Counted from the first letter of the stretch, positions 30,595 to 39,828 are shown. The stretch is DNA of 64,000 nt from Candidatus Eiseniibacteriota bacterium (GCA_963792585.1 CAWBWI010000006.1:96001-160000), one strand, 5' to 3'. The notes: generated by a model not told the origin, from the sequence alone. Numbers and translations are program-made.

Positions 30595-31517
30595 GGATCA
30601 CCTCGTCGGTCAGCTCGTAGTCGATCATGCCGAAGGCGATCGCGGTCTTGAGGATCCGCGCGGCGCGCTTGACGACCGGCGCGTCGACCATCTTCCCGCG
30701 CAGCGAGATGACGCCGGTCCCCATCTCGCGGGCCCGCTTGATCGCCTCCATGACCTCGAGGGCGTACGTCGATCTCCTCCTGCTTCGGGCGGAAGACCTC
30801 GTGCACCACCTCGATCTGGCGCGGGTTGACGAGCGACTTACCGGTGAAGCCGAGGCGCTTGATCAGCTCGGTCTCGGCCCGCAGGCCGTCCATGTCGTTC
30901 ACGTCGGAGAAGATCGAGTCGATCGCCTGGATGCCCGGCCGCCTTCGCCGCCCAGACGATCTGCGTGCGGGCGTTGAACAGCTCCTCGCCGGTCCGCGTG
31001 CGCTGGATCTCCATCGAGGCGGTGTAGTCCTCGGCGCCGAAGGCGAGCGCGACGATCCGCCTCGATGACCTGCGCTGTCTCGACGCAGTTGAGGATCGCC
31101 GACGGCGCTCTCGATCGACGGGATGATCTTGAAGTGGCCGATCGGCAGGCCGAGGCGTCTCCTCCGACTCGGTCAGCAGCGTGTCGAGGCGTTCGACGAC
31201 CTCCGGGCCGGTCGGCCTTCGGCAGGCGGATGCCGTCGGGCCAGCGCGGGCAGGACCTCGCGCAGGTCGTCCAGGCGCGTACTTCGTGTCGAGGCCGTTG
31301 ATCCGGACGAAGACCTCCTTGCTCGCCGGTCCGCGAGACGCGTGCAGGAAGTTGCGCGCCAGAATGCGGGCCGCGTCCTTCTCGGCGAGCGGCACGGCGT
31401 CCTCGAGGTCGATCATGACGCCGTCGGCGTCGAAGACGGGGATGTTCTGGAGCATTCCGGGCATGTTGCCGGGCACGTAGAGGAGCGATCGCCGCAGCTT
31501 CAGCGGCCGCCGTCCAC
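30581..31517 (-). CDS. citE: Citrate lyase beta chain (citryl-ACP lyase), multiple frameshifts
   Basis: LRRSLLYVPGN, IDLEDAVPLAEKDAARIL, LAFGAEDY, LGFTGKSLVNPRQI, GKMVDAPVV. Confidence 0.88.
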
Positions 31518-31519
31518 GG

Positions 31520-31999
31520 CTAGCGGTCCTCGAAGAAGAGGGTGTCGATCGCCGCCCTCGTCGGAGTGGTGGCGCTCGACCCCCTCGACGATGTACTCGG
31601 CGAGCGACCATCTCGCAGGTGGCGAAGACCTCGGCCTCGATGCAGGTGGCCGCCGATCACTTCGCCCGACGACTTCGACGCCGAAGATGTGCAGGTGCGG
31701 CGTCCATCCGGCCCGTCCTCGTTCGGCACGAGGTTTCCCTCGATCCCGAGCAGGTCGAGCGGCCCCTCGACCGGTGCACCGGCATGCGCGGCTCGGTGAT
31801 CGGCAGGCGCGCCCCGGCCTGGATGTCGCTGAACTGGACGTTCCGCACCGAACCGATCGCCGAGAGCATGACGCCGTGCTTCAGACCTACGGTCCGCGCG
31901 AACCAGCAGAAGTTGCTCGAGCAGGTCGGCGCCGGGCATGATCTGAATGATGAACCTGCGTCCCGACCGGCACTCGCGATGCCAGAACTGCTCCTCCAC
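31520..31999 (-). CDS. PPC-domain (DUF296; AF0104/ALDC-like fold) protein, frameshifted
   Basis: Pieced across frames: GRRFIIQIMPGADLLEQL, SAIGSVRNVQF, EGPLDLLGIEGNL, PHLHIFG, GEVIGGHL, VFATCE. Confidence 0.75.
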   Translation of the reverse strand: MEEQFWHRECRSGRRFIIQIMPGADLLEQLLLVRADRRSEARRHALGDRFGAERPVQRHPGRGAPADHRAAHAGAPVEGPLDLLGIEGNLVPNEDGPDGRRTCTSSASKSSGEVIGGHLHRGRGLRHLRDGRSPSTSSRGSSATTPTRAAIDTLFFEDR

Positions 32000-32265
32000 T
32001 CACTCCTCCGCTGCGCGGCGCAGGGCCGCTTCGACACGGGCGTCGATCGCATAGTCGAGGGCGCCCCGATCCGTGATCTTGATCGATCCCGCCGCGACGC
32101 CCATGGCGCGCGAGCGTCTCCTCGATTCTCTCGCGGATCAGTTGCTCGAACTGCTTCTTCACGGTGGACTCGATCTCGGATCTCGAGCCGATCGGCCGGC
32201 TCGACGACGACCATCAGGTCGCTCGATTGCATCGTGCCGGCGCTCGCCTTCCGCTTGATCTTCAT
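32000..32265 (-). CDS. citD: Citrate lyase acyl carrier protein (gamma chain), frameshifted
   Basis: ASAGTMQSSDLMVVVEP (prosthetic-group Ser motif), STVKKQFEQLIRERIEE, DRGALDYAIDARVEAALRRA. Confidence 0.88.
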
Positions 32266-33293
32266 CGATGGATCCCTTTGCCCTGCGACTCCTCCGCAAG
32301 CTGGGCGGCGATGGTCCGGCCCTCCGAGGAGCGCAGGAAATCATATGTCGACGCGGGGACCTGCCCCGCGATGCTCTCCAGTTTGCCATGGACCATCGCT
32401 TCGCGCACACGGGTGGCGCTGATCGCCACGCCGTCGCGGTCCGTCCTCGGAATCTCGACCAGCTCGATCCCGTATTCGGGCATCACCTCGGCCATGGTCT
32501 GGTTGTAGGCGGCCGTCGATGCGCAGAACGGCTCCTCTCCCACGAAGCGCGTGCGGATCGAGAAGTACGGGGCGATCCGCGAGGCGAAGAGGCGCAGGTC
32601 GATCTGCATCTGCGCGAGCGCGACCGCGTCGAGCTTCTTCAGGAAATAGGACGGGAAGGTCGCCGCGCTGATCGAATAGCGCGAGGTGTCCAGCACGCGG
32701 ACGTTCGCGATGTGCTTCGTACCCTGGCGGACCAGGCGCTGGCGCACCGTGAACGGGAATGCGGACTGATCCTCCCGAACGACGAAGAGATAGAGGGTCT
32801 CGACCCGGGCGGCGGCGGTCTCCACGAGGTGGAGGTGGCCCAGCGTGAACGGGTTCGCGTTGAGCATGACCGCGCCGTTCGCGCCCGGGCGTCGCAGCGC
32901 CGCGTGAGCGTTGAGGTACGCCTGCAGACCGCCCCCGTATTCCAGCAATGCAACGGCGCCGTGGGTGACGAGAAGGTGGAAATTCGTGGCCTCGAAGCTC
33001 TGCGCGTTCTCAGGCCGGGTGTAGACGAAGAAGACGCTGTGACCCGCGGCACGCCCGCAACGCATGAGTTCCGTGACGAGCTCGCCGAAGACCTCACTTC
33101 CGCGGTAGTCGGGATGGATCGCGAACATCTTGAAGACGTACCCCGCACGCGAGGCGGTCGCGATCAATCGATCCCCTTCGTAGATCCCGACGATTTCGTC
33201 CGTGTCGGTCTCGAAGAGCAGGCCGTCGGCCTCGATCAGAGCGCGAGCCTCGGCGACCTCTCGGGGCGAGCCGAGCGGAACTGCGGCGCTCAT
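32262..33293 (-). CDS. citC: [Citrate (pro-3S)-lyase] ligase
   Basis: N-terminal GNAT-like domain, MLNANPFTLGH, FVVRED, ISAATFPSYFLK, RFVGEEP, ISATRVR. Confidence 0.95.
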   Translation of the reverse strand: MSAAVPLGSPREVAEARALIEADGLLFETDTDEIVGIYEGDRLIATASRAGYVFKMFAIHPDYRGSEVFGELVTELMRCGRAAGHSVFFVYTRPENAQSFEATNFHLLVTHGAVALLEYGGGLQAYLNAHAALRRPGANGAVMLNANPFTLGHLHLVETAAARVETLYLFVVREDQSAFPFTVRQRLVRQGTKHIANVRVLDTSRYSISAATFPSYFLKKLDAVALAQMQIDLRLFASRIAPYFSIRTRFVGEEPFCASTAAYNQTMAEVMPEYGIELVEIPRTDRDGVAISATRVREAMVHGKLESIAGQVPASTYDFLRSSEGRTIAAQLAEESQGKGIHR

Positions 33294-33449
33294 CGGGCGA
33301 TCGGCCTGTCGAGAGCCGTGCCTGCAGCGCAGATCGACATTGGGCGCTTCATGGAAACCTCACGGCCCACCCGGGCCGAACGACTGCGGACACCTTCGCC
33401 GGCCAAGCCATCTTGCCGACCCTCCCGCCGTCTTCCCCACACGAGACAA

Positions 33450-33478
33450 ACGCTAGGCTTTGCTGGGGGTTATGTCAA
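33450..33478 (-). promoter_or_regulatory. sigma70-type promoter of the cit operon
   Basis: Minus strand TTGACA-17 nt-TAGCGT. Confidence 0.65.
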
Positions 33479-33594
33479 CACGCCGGGGACTGCAGCGGCG
33501 TGCGCACGGGGAGTGCGCGGCCGGCCGCAGACCTGGTGGGATCCGCGGCCGCCTGTCGAAGAGTCAGACGGCCACGGCCAACCTTCTCTTCGGT

Positions 33595-35709
33595 TCAGTC
33601 CAGCAATACGAGCCGACGACGCAGATCTTGCCCGTCGAGTCGGACCCGAACTTCATACGCGCCGGCGGCAATGCGGCGGCCGTGCTCATCGGTACCGTCC
33701 CATGCGAAGTCGTGTCCGCCGGCTGGGTACTCCCCCGCAGCGATGCGTCGGATAAGCCTGCCCCCAATGTCGAAAACCTCCATGCGCACAGCCCCGGGGG
33801 CGCCCATGGCGAAGCGCAACCGCACCGTCCCACTGGATGGGTTCGGATACGCGAGTAGCTGGAGCTGCGACCCACCGCCCGCGACCATCGGATCGACGGC
33901 TGCGGAGAGATACCGAACCGGTCCACCAACCGGGCCGTACTCACCAAGACCGCCCGCGGTGTCGGTCCACCAGATCACGCCGAAATCCTCGCTCGGGAAC
34001 TGCGAGTCGACTTTGAACTGGAAACCGGACAGATAACCCCCCGGAGGGACAGGGGTCGTTGTCGTGGTCCACAGGATGCCTCCGGGCTCGAGGCGGTCCC
34101 CGCATCCCATCGCGTTCTGGTAATCGGCGGGCAGAGGCTCCCAATTCCAGCCGGGAGGTGATTCGACATCCTGATAGGGCACATCGAGGTACATCGCCCA
34201 CTCGTTCACGGGAAGGTCGAAATCGTTAAGGATCCCATACCCATAGGTCACGAGACTGCGTTCGCCACCCATCATCGTGAGGGTGACGTTCTTCGGCGCG
34301 CCTCCCGCGGGGACGGGCCGAATCACATTGATGTGGGTCAGGCATAGGTGGTCGGCATCGTCGATCCCTGCCGCGTTGTCCTCGATTTCATCGTTGTCGA
34401 GCCGGACCTTCCCGTCCTGCCCGACGGTGACGTCGAGTTCGTCGTACGCATCGTCGCGGGTATCCTCCGTGGGCGAATGATGACTGTCACCCCACGGATT
34501 GGAGACGTGGATCTTCTTGTTCCCGTTCTCATCGACAGTGATCCCCGCGACGGTCATGTAGTGGGCCGCGTCATCATCGACCGGGTTCCCATCCTCGTCG
34601 CACCAGGTGACTCGCAACAGAACGTCATGACACTTCTGGAAGTTGGCCAGCAAACTGTCCCAGAGGGCAAGCTGCGAACTCATCCGCTTGTGCTCGAGGG
34701 GGCGTCGTCCGTTGGGCTGTTGTTGCCCCTTCATGACGCCCTTGTCCTTCATGTACTTCGTCACGCCGCCGTCGCCCTTGTCGTTGTCGTGAACTTCCTT
34801 CTTCAGATCCTCCTGGATCTTCTTGTTCTTCTCCTCCTGCGTCCCTTGGGCGGGCGCAAGTTCCGAGTATCCGTTGTTCGCCCAGTAACTCAGGCAGTTC
34901 GCGAATGCCGACGCCTGGCAGATCGCCCCATCGCCCTGCGATATGTCGGGCACGTACTTCCATGTGCTGATCGTTGCGGGCGCCTTGGCTTCCGCTTTCA
35001 CTTTGTCCACCGCTGGCCCGGGGTCTGGGGTCGGCGTTCCGTTCTCGTTCTTCACGCCCACGCGGGCCTGCCCCGCTTGAGCGTCCGCTGCGATGTTGAG
35101 GAGATAGCGGTGCTCATTCGGCCCGCTTGGTATCGGATAGCTCTGATCGATCCACTCCGACCAGACGCCCTGGCGCAGAAATCGAGAGCCGACGACCAGG
35201 GCGAGCTGTTGCATTGGGAAGGTGTTGTTGCAGTTGGTCGCGAAGACGATCTCCCAGGTCGCGCTCGGGCTTCCCATGTCCTGTACGGGAAACGGAGGGC
35301 TTTCCATGATGGAGCGCTGGAAGGGCACGAAACCGTTCTGGTTTGGTTCGTAGAAGACGAGAGCCCAGCCGCCGACGTCGAGGCTCGGCATCTCCAACCA
35401 CCCCTCGAGCGGCTCGATCCGGGGCTGCACGTTCGATTCGGGAGACGGCTGCCAGCCCATGGTCGCCGGGAGTCCCCCGAACGGCGAGAAGACGGTATTC
35501 TCGCAGTTGACCGGTGATCCGCGCTGGTCGGGCGCGAGATCGTCGAAATCCCAGATGCCGGTCATGACGACCGGTTGACCGAAGCCTCCACCCCCGATCG
35601 AATTCACGACGATGGGTACGGGCGGGTCGGCCGAAACAGGCGATATGAAAGTGGCCGGAAGAATCGCGGTCAGGATCACGAAGTCGCGAAGGAGTTTGCC
35701 GGTCTTCAT
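33595..35709 (-). CDS. Secreted protein with putative papain-like (Cys-His-Asn) domain and FlgD-Ig/T9SS-like C-terminal tail
   Basis: Signal peptide, ICQASAFANCLSYW, HYMTVAG, VSNPWG. Tail AYPNPSSG..VFDIGGRLIR..WDGTDEHGRRIAAGAYEVR. Confidence 0.75.
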   Translation of the reverse strand: MKTGKLLRDFVILTAILPATFISPVSADPPVPIVVNSIGGGGFGQPVVMTGIWDFDDLAPDQRGSPVNCENTVFSPFGGLPATMGWQPSPESNVQPRIEPLEGWLEMPSLDVGGWALVFYEPNQNGFVPFQRSIMESPPFPVQDMGSPSATWEIVFATNCNNTFPMQQLALVVGSRFLRQGVWSEWIDQSYPIPSGPNEHRYLLNIAADAQAGQARVGVKNENGTPTPDPGPAVDKVKAEAKAPATISTWKYVPDISQGDGAICQASAFANCLSYWANNGYSELAPAQGTQEEKNKKIQEDLKKEVHDNDKGDGGVTKYMKDKGVMKGQQQPNGRRPLEHKRMSSQLALWDSLLANFQKCHDVLLRVTWCDEDGNPVDDDAAHYMTVAGITVDENGNKKIHVSNPWGDSHHSPTEDTRDDAYDELDVTVGQDGKVRLDNDEIEDNAAGIDDADHLCLTHINVIRPVPAGGAPKNVTLTMMGGERSLVTYGYGILNDFDLPVNEWAMYLDVPYQDVESPPGWNWEPLPADYQNAMGCGDRLEPGGILWTTTTTPVPPGGYLSGFQFKVDSQFPSEDFGVIWWTDTAGGLGEYGPVGGPVRYLSAAVDPMVAGGGSQLQLLAYPNPSSGTVRLRFAMGAPGAVRMEVFDIGGRLIRRIAAGEYPAGGHDFAWDGTDEHGRRIAAGAYEVRVRLDGQDLRRRLVLLD

Positions 35710-35848
35710 TCTCGATCTCCACTACGGCCGGGTGATTGCACGGATCTCACAGGAGCGGGGAGGCTCGCGAACTGGGAGGGGAGGGAAGGGAGGGAATCGC
35801 GAATGGAGTTGCCCCTCACGATCGCAGCATCCAGGAATGTGACCGACA

Positions 35849-35877
35849 AGCTTACCAATCTTCCGGGCGGGATACAA
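35849..35877 (-). promoter_or_regulatory. sigma70-type promoter
   Basis: Minus strand TTGTAT-17 nt-TAAGCT, with an extended -10 TG. Confidence 0.5.
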
Positions 35878-35972
35878 GCTGTTCCGTCGATTCGGCTTCC
35901 CGGACTCCCCTTCCGACTTGGCTCCGCTGAAGTGATGTACCCACACCTGCAGGAAGCTTGCACTTCCTCGAG

Positions 35973-36704
35973 CTACTTCAGGATTTCGACCGCCGTTCCG
36001 TCCGGCAGGAACCGAAAGAGCTCGCGGATGTCGGGGTTCGTCATTCCGATGCAACCCAGCGTCCAGTTGTATCCATCGGTCATTGTGCTGGGATCCTGGT
36101 CGCCGGGTTGGAGATCCTTCCTCCGCGTGCGCCCCCGACCTTCGCGCCTGATGTCCTTCGTGACGCCGGGATGTTGCCCGTGGATGAAGATGTCCCCGCC
36201 GAGGCGGGTCCGAAGCGTCGGGCATGCGCCGGCCGCCAGCTCCGCCCGGAGCCGATCCGCTTCGATGGCGGTGATGGCTTTCGTCTCCAGCCCGCGCGCG
36301 ATGTCGGCCTCGTTCGGGTAGTCGATCTGGAGACTGAGGTAGTAGCGGGAACCACGATTGTGATTGCAGATCCTGTACGACCCCTCCGGTGTTCTGGCGT
36401 CTCCCCTGCGGGACTTCGCTCCCAACGGGTGCTTCCCGAGCTGAATCCGATAGGTCTTGATCCGTCGCTCTCCGGAGTAAAGGCGCAGCTCATAGGCGCT
36501 CTTCAGGATGACCAGGCGTACGTCGGCCAAGTGCTGGTTCTCATCGAGCTGGAGGCTGGAATCCCGCACCAGTTCCGCGAGCGGAACTTCCGGACCGTAA
36601 TGGGCGGGGTTGAAGCGGATGGATCGGGACGCGGCACTCCCGGCGGGCGCGACCGCGGCGGAGGAGAGCCCCAGCAGGATTGTGGCAATTGCGGCGAGAC
36701 GCAC
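35973..36704 (-). CDS. L,D-transpeptidase family (YkuD) protein
   Basis: GDARTPEGSY, LSLQIDYPN, DIFIHG, WTLGCIGMTNPDIRELF. N-terminal signal. Confidence 0.9.
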   Translation of the reverse strand: MRLAAIATILLGLSSAAVAPAGSAASRSIRFNPAHYGPEVPLAELVRDSSLQLDENQHLADVRLVILKSAYELRLYSGERRIKTYRIQLGKHPLGAKSRRGDARTPEGSYRICNHNRGSRYYLSLQIDYPNEADIARGLETKAITAIEADRLRAELAAGACPTLRTRLGGDIFIHGQHPGVTKDIRREGRGRTRRKDLQPGDQDPSTMTDGYNWTLGCIGMTNPDIRELFRFLPDGTAVEILK

Positions 36705-36841
36705 CGCTAGAAAACCTTCCCGGTTACTTCGGGCGGTTTCTCTCCACGAATTTCACGGTGCATCGGCATGCGGGGGGCATCCCTTCCGGTCTGGGTCGGG
36801 GGTGTCTGTTCGCTCTTTGCACCTGTCGGGAACGCACGATG

Positions 36842-38155
36842 CTATCGCGTTTCCCCGTTACCCAGAAGCACGACCTTGCGGTCGAGCGTCTGGTCCCCCA
36901 CCCGGAGTCGCAAGAGGTACACTCCCCCCGCCAGACGACGGCCGCCGTCGTCCCGACCGTTCCACGAGACGACGTGGTTGCCGGAAGGATGGACGCTTCC
37001 GCCGAGGATCTCGCGGACCATTCGTCCGGCAGGATCGAATGCGTGCAGGGCGACCGGGGCGGCAGACTCCAGATGGAAACGGATCTCTGTGCTTGCGCGG
37101 AACGGGTTCGGAAAGGTCCCGATGCGTCGCGCCGGGGTGGAGTTCGACTCCCCATCCGCGATTCCCGCCGTGGCCAAGCACCCTTCTCCGTACGCGCCCA
37201 TCAAGACCCCGCAGTCGTTGTTCTGCGGAAGGCACGGGGATGCGCCCGCCAGCCGGAGATCGAGTTCTTCCAGACCGCAGATGAGCGGATCGGACGAGAT
37301 GTTCCCGGAGATTCCCGTCTGATCTTCGAGCGTGCCGCCGTAGTTCGCTCCCACGTTGTCAAATGCGTCGGAGCAAGCGACCGTCACGGTGCAGTCGTGG
37401 CCCGGATCCAGCGCGGCGAAGATTCCCACCCCACGGATGTTGTAGGCCACCAGCGAGTTCTCCAGGATCACCTGGCATTCGTTGACGCACCAGATTCCGC
37501 TCCCCTCGTAGGCGCTGTTGCGGACGATGGTGCAACCCGTGATCCGGGTCGAGGCATGGTTCTCGCAGAAGATGGCTCCGCCCCAGAAGAGGCTCTCGTT
37601 GTCGTAGAAGGTGCAGTCACGAATCTTCGGGGCGGCATCGTCGACGTAGATCCCGCCCCCATCGACGCCGGCGCAGTTGGAGAAGACGCAGTCCTCGATG
37701 ATCGACTCCGAGGCATAGGCGAAACATCCGCCCCCGCCGGCCTGAGCTTCGTTCCCGGTGAAGACGCAGGCGCGGATCGTCGGAGAAGATCGATGGAGAG
37801 CGATCCCTCCGCCTCGGGAAGTGGGCCAGTACCCTTCGAGATAAGCCCCGGTGATCGTGAGCCCCTCGATCCCCGCGGCCGCGTCGACGTCGTCGCACCG
37901 AAAGACGCGGCCCAATCGCTCGGCGTCCACCGTCACGCAGGCAGGGTCCCCGGTCCGGCTGCGCAGCCAGACGCCGGACTTCATGGCGATGTCGTGCTCC
38001 CGGTATGTCCCGCACGCAACGCGAACGGTGTCTCCAGCCTGTGCGGCGTCGATGCCGGCCTGGATGGTCGGCTGGTCGGCCGGCACCTCGATCGTCACCG
38101 CCCCCACGGGTCCGGCGAGACCCAAGAACAGAATCGGGATCCATCGGGTTCGCAC
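36842..38155 (-). CDS. Right-handed beta-helix repeat protein with FlgD-Ig/T9SS-like tail
   Basis: VPADQPTIQAGID, repeated GGG(I/C)..F.GN/DN, NISSDPL, SPCLP. Tail FPNPF..WNGRDDGGRRLAGGVYLLRL. RBS AGGAGG before GTG 38155. Confidence 0.88.
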   Translation of the reverse strand: MRTRWIPILFLGLAGPVGAVTIEVPADQPTIQAGIDAAQAGDTVRVACGTYREHDIAMKSGVWLRSRTGDPACVTVDAERLGRVFRCDDVDAAAGIEGLTITGAYLEGYWPTSRGGGIALHRSSPTIRACVFTGNEAQAGGGGCFAYASESIIEDCVFSNCAGVDGGGIYVDDAAPKIRDCTFYDNESLFWGGAIFCENHASTRITGCTIVRNSAYEGSGIWCVNECQVILENSLVAYNIRGVGIFAALDPGHDCTVTVACSDAFDNVGANYGGTLEDQTGISGNISSDPLICGLEELDLRLAGASPCLPQNNDCGVLMGAYGEGCLATAGIADGESNSTPARRIGTFPNPFRASTEIRFHLESAAPVALHAFDPAGRMVREILGGSVHPSGNHVVSWNGRDDGGRRLAGGVYLLRLRVGDQTLDRKVVLLGNGETR

Positions 38156-38287
38156 GACTGCCCTCCTTGTTCCGCACGCGACATCTTGGGATGTGGTGAC
38201 CGTCTCCGGGGGGCCCGGACCACACTCCGCTCCTCCTCGGAAGAGCGCATATAGTCTAGGTCCCTCAGCCCCGGCAGGCAAGGACCC

Positions 38288-38362
38288 GATGCAGGCTGCG
38301 GATGCAGGCTGTGCGGATACGGGTCTCGACGTAGGCTGTGCGATGCAAGCGTCGATGCAGGC
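38288..38362. repeat. Tandem GATGCAGGC-type repeat cluster, copy A
   Basis: Units at 38288, 38301, 38328, 38342 and 38354. Segment 38322-38352 matches 39410-39440 at 28/31. Confidence 0.75.
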
Positions 38363-38389
38363 GTGCGGGACGCGGATGCGTGGATGGCC

Positions 38390-39322
38390 CTATCTGAGCA
38401 GGGTCACCCGGACCACCGATCGATCCCCGGCCTTCAGGAAGTAGACGCCCGCGGGCAGGGCCGCGCCCGCCTCGTCGCGCCCGTCCCATGTCACGGTTTC
38501 GCCATGGGACGTGCGAAGGTCACGGACGAACCGTCCGCTCGGATCGAAGATCGCTACCTCGAGGTCGTCGGAAACCGGTCCCGCAAAGGTGAGCCTGGCC
38601 GATCCCCGGACGGGATTGGGCGAAACCAGGATCCGGGTCTGCGAGGCCAACGGGTTTTCGACGCCGGCGGGCGTCTGGAAGCTCAGCTGCAGGGAGGCCG
38701 TCGCCTGCCCGCCCTGGGAGCCTCCGGGCAGCGCCAGACAGTCTCCTCCCGCGCCGAACGTGAACTCGTATCGCCCCGCCGGGATATGCACCAGATCATC
38801 CACGCTCGTTTGCGTGTTCGAGTACTGCCTTTGGTAGATGTACCCGCTGTTCGGCACGCGCAGAACGATGTCGATGACACCACTCTCGGCGGCCAGATAC
38901 GTGCCCTGGATAAGGCACTCGAGAGGCGTGTCGGTATCGAACACGAAGGTCCCGTTGCTGGTCCCTATCCCAAAGGCGAAGACGGCGGGGGCATGAAGCC
39001 CCGCGTCCGCCGAAAAGCCCAGGGAAGCCGTGACGCCCGCGGCTGAGATCTCCGAGTTTTGATCCGCAATCACGGAGACGTGGCTTCCGGCCTGCGCGAG
39101 CTTGCAGTGCGCCGTGCGCGCGTATGCGCCCGGATCCTGTGTGGTGGAATCCTCCTCGGACTCGATCAGGTCGCCCTCGGGGTTGAGCTGGATCTTGGCA
39201 ATGGTCACGACCTGGCGGGTCTGAGAGACGGGCGTGACGGTGGAGTACGCCAGGGTCGGGATGATCGCAAAGACGAAGAGCGCGATCGCGACGCTACATA
39301 GGTACCCTGCCGGAGTGCGCAT
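38390..39322 (-). CDS. Secreted hypothetical protein with FlgD-Ig/T9SS-like tail
   Basis: Signal peptide, beta-rich core. Tail SPNPVRG..IFDPSGRFVR..WDGRDEAGAALPAGVYFLK. Confidence 0.85.
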   Translation of the reverse strand: MRTPAGYLCSVAIALFVFAIIPTLAYSTVTPVSQTRQVVTIAKIQLNPEGDLIESEEDSTTQDPGAYARTAHCKLAQAGSHVSVIADQNSEISAAGVTASLGFSADAGLHAPAVFAFGIGTSNGTFVFDTDTPLECLIQGTYLAAESGVIDIVLRVPNSGYIYQRQYSNTQTSVDDLVHIPAGRYEFTFGAGGDCLALPGGSQGGQATASLQLSFQTPAGVENPLASQTRILVSPNPVRGSARLTFAGPVSDDLEVAIFDPSGRFVRDLRTSHGETVTWDGRDEAGAALPAGVYFLKAGDRSVVRVTLLR

Positions 39323-39409
39323 GAAGTCCTCCAAGTGAAGAGGTCAATCGCGGCAAGACCGACAATTGTCGCACATCCCGGGGCAGGCGTCCACTGCGGG
39401 GGCGGCACA

Positions 39410-39440
39410 GGTCTCGATGCAGGCTGTGCGATGCAGGCGT
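39410..39440. repeat. GATGCAGGC-type repeat cluster, copy B
   Basis: GGTCTCGATGCAGGCTGTGCGATGCAGGCGT, a direct repeat of 38322-38352. Confidence 0.75.
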
Positions 39441-39487
39441 GCGATTTCCCGTGTGCGAATCCGATTCCCGGAACATCGAGCCGCGCC

Positions 39488-39532
39488 GGACTGGATCCGC
39501 TCGCCCACGTGCTATAGTCGGATCCGGAGTCC
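39488..39532 (+). promoter_or_regulatory. Extended -10 promoter bracketed by an inverted repeat (TA operon)
   Basis: GGACTGGATCCG..TGCTATAGT..CGGATCCGGAGTCC. Confidence 0.55.
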
Positions 39533-39536
39533 AATC

Positions 39537-39827
39537 ATGACGAACCGCTCATCCAGACTTCCCGGGTATCAAACCCAGTCCTCCGACACATCCTACGAGG
39601 CGGAGCAGATTCTCCTCGAAGGCTACCGCAGTATGTCCGTCGCGGAGAAACTCCGGCACATCTCCGCGCTCAATCGCGCAGGCTACGCGCTGGCACTGGC
39701 GGGGATCCGGGCGCGGCACCCCGACGCGAGGGACCGTGAGATCCTCTTGCGACAGGCGGCTCTTCGCCTCGATCGCGAGACGATGGTGAGGCTTTTCGGG
39801 TGGGACCCCGAGACGGAAGGATACTGA
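39537..39827 (+). CDS. Small helical antitoxin, Rv0078B/MenA1-like
   Basis: DTSYEAEQILLEGYRSMSVAEKL..AGIRARHPDA. 96 aa, 1 bp before the nucleotidyltransferase gene. Confidence 0.7.
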   Translation: MTNRSSRLPGYQTQSSDTSYEAEQILLEGYRSMSVAEKLRHISALNRAGYALALAGIRARHPDARDREILLRQAALRLDRETMVRLFGWDPETEGY

Positions 39828-39828
39828 G

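Noticed and set aside
35760..35845. Possible c-di-GMP-I riboswitch (minus strand GGCAACTCCATTCGCGA) upstream of the Cys-domain protein
   Set aside because: Only the first few bases resemble the motif. I could not find the closing stem, GNRA loop or second hairpin. An Rfam scan would settle it.
38288..38362. CRISPR array or integron attC interpretation of the repeats
   Set aside because: Units are 9 nt with 3-18 nt gaps and no unique 30-40 nt spacers. There are no attC core boxes and no cas or integrase gene in the window.
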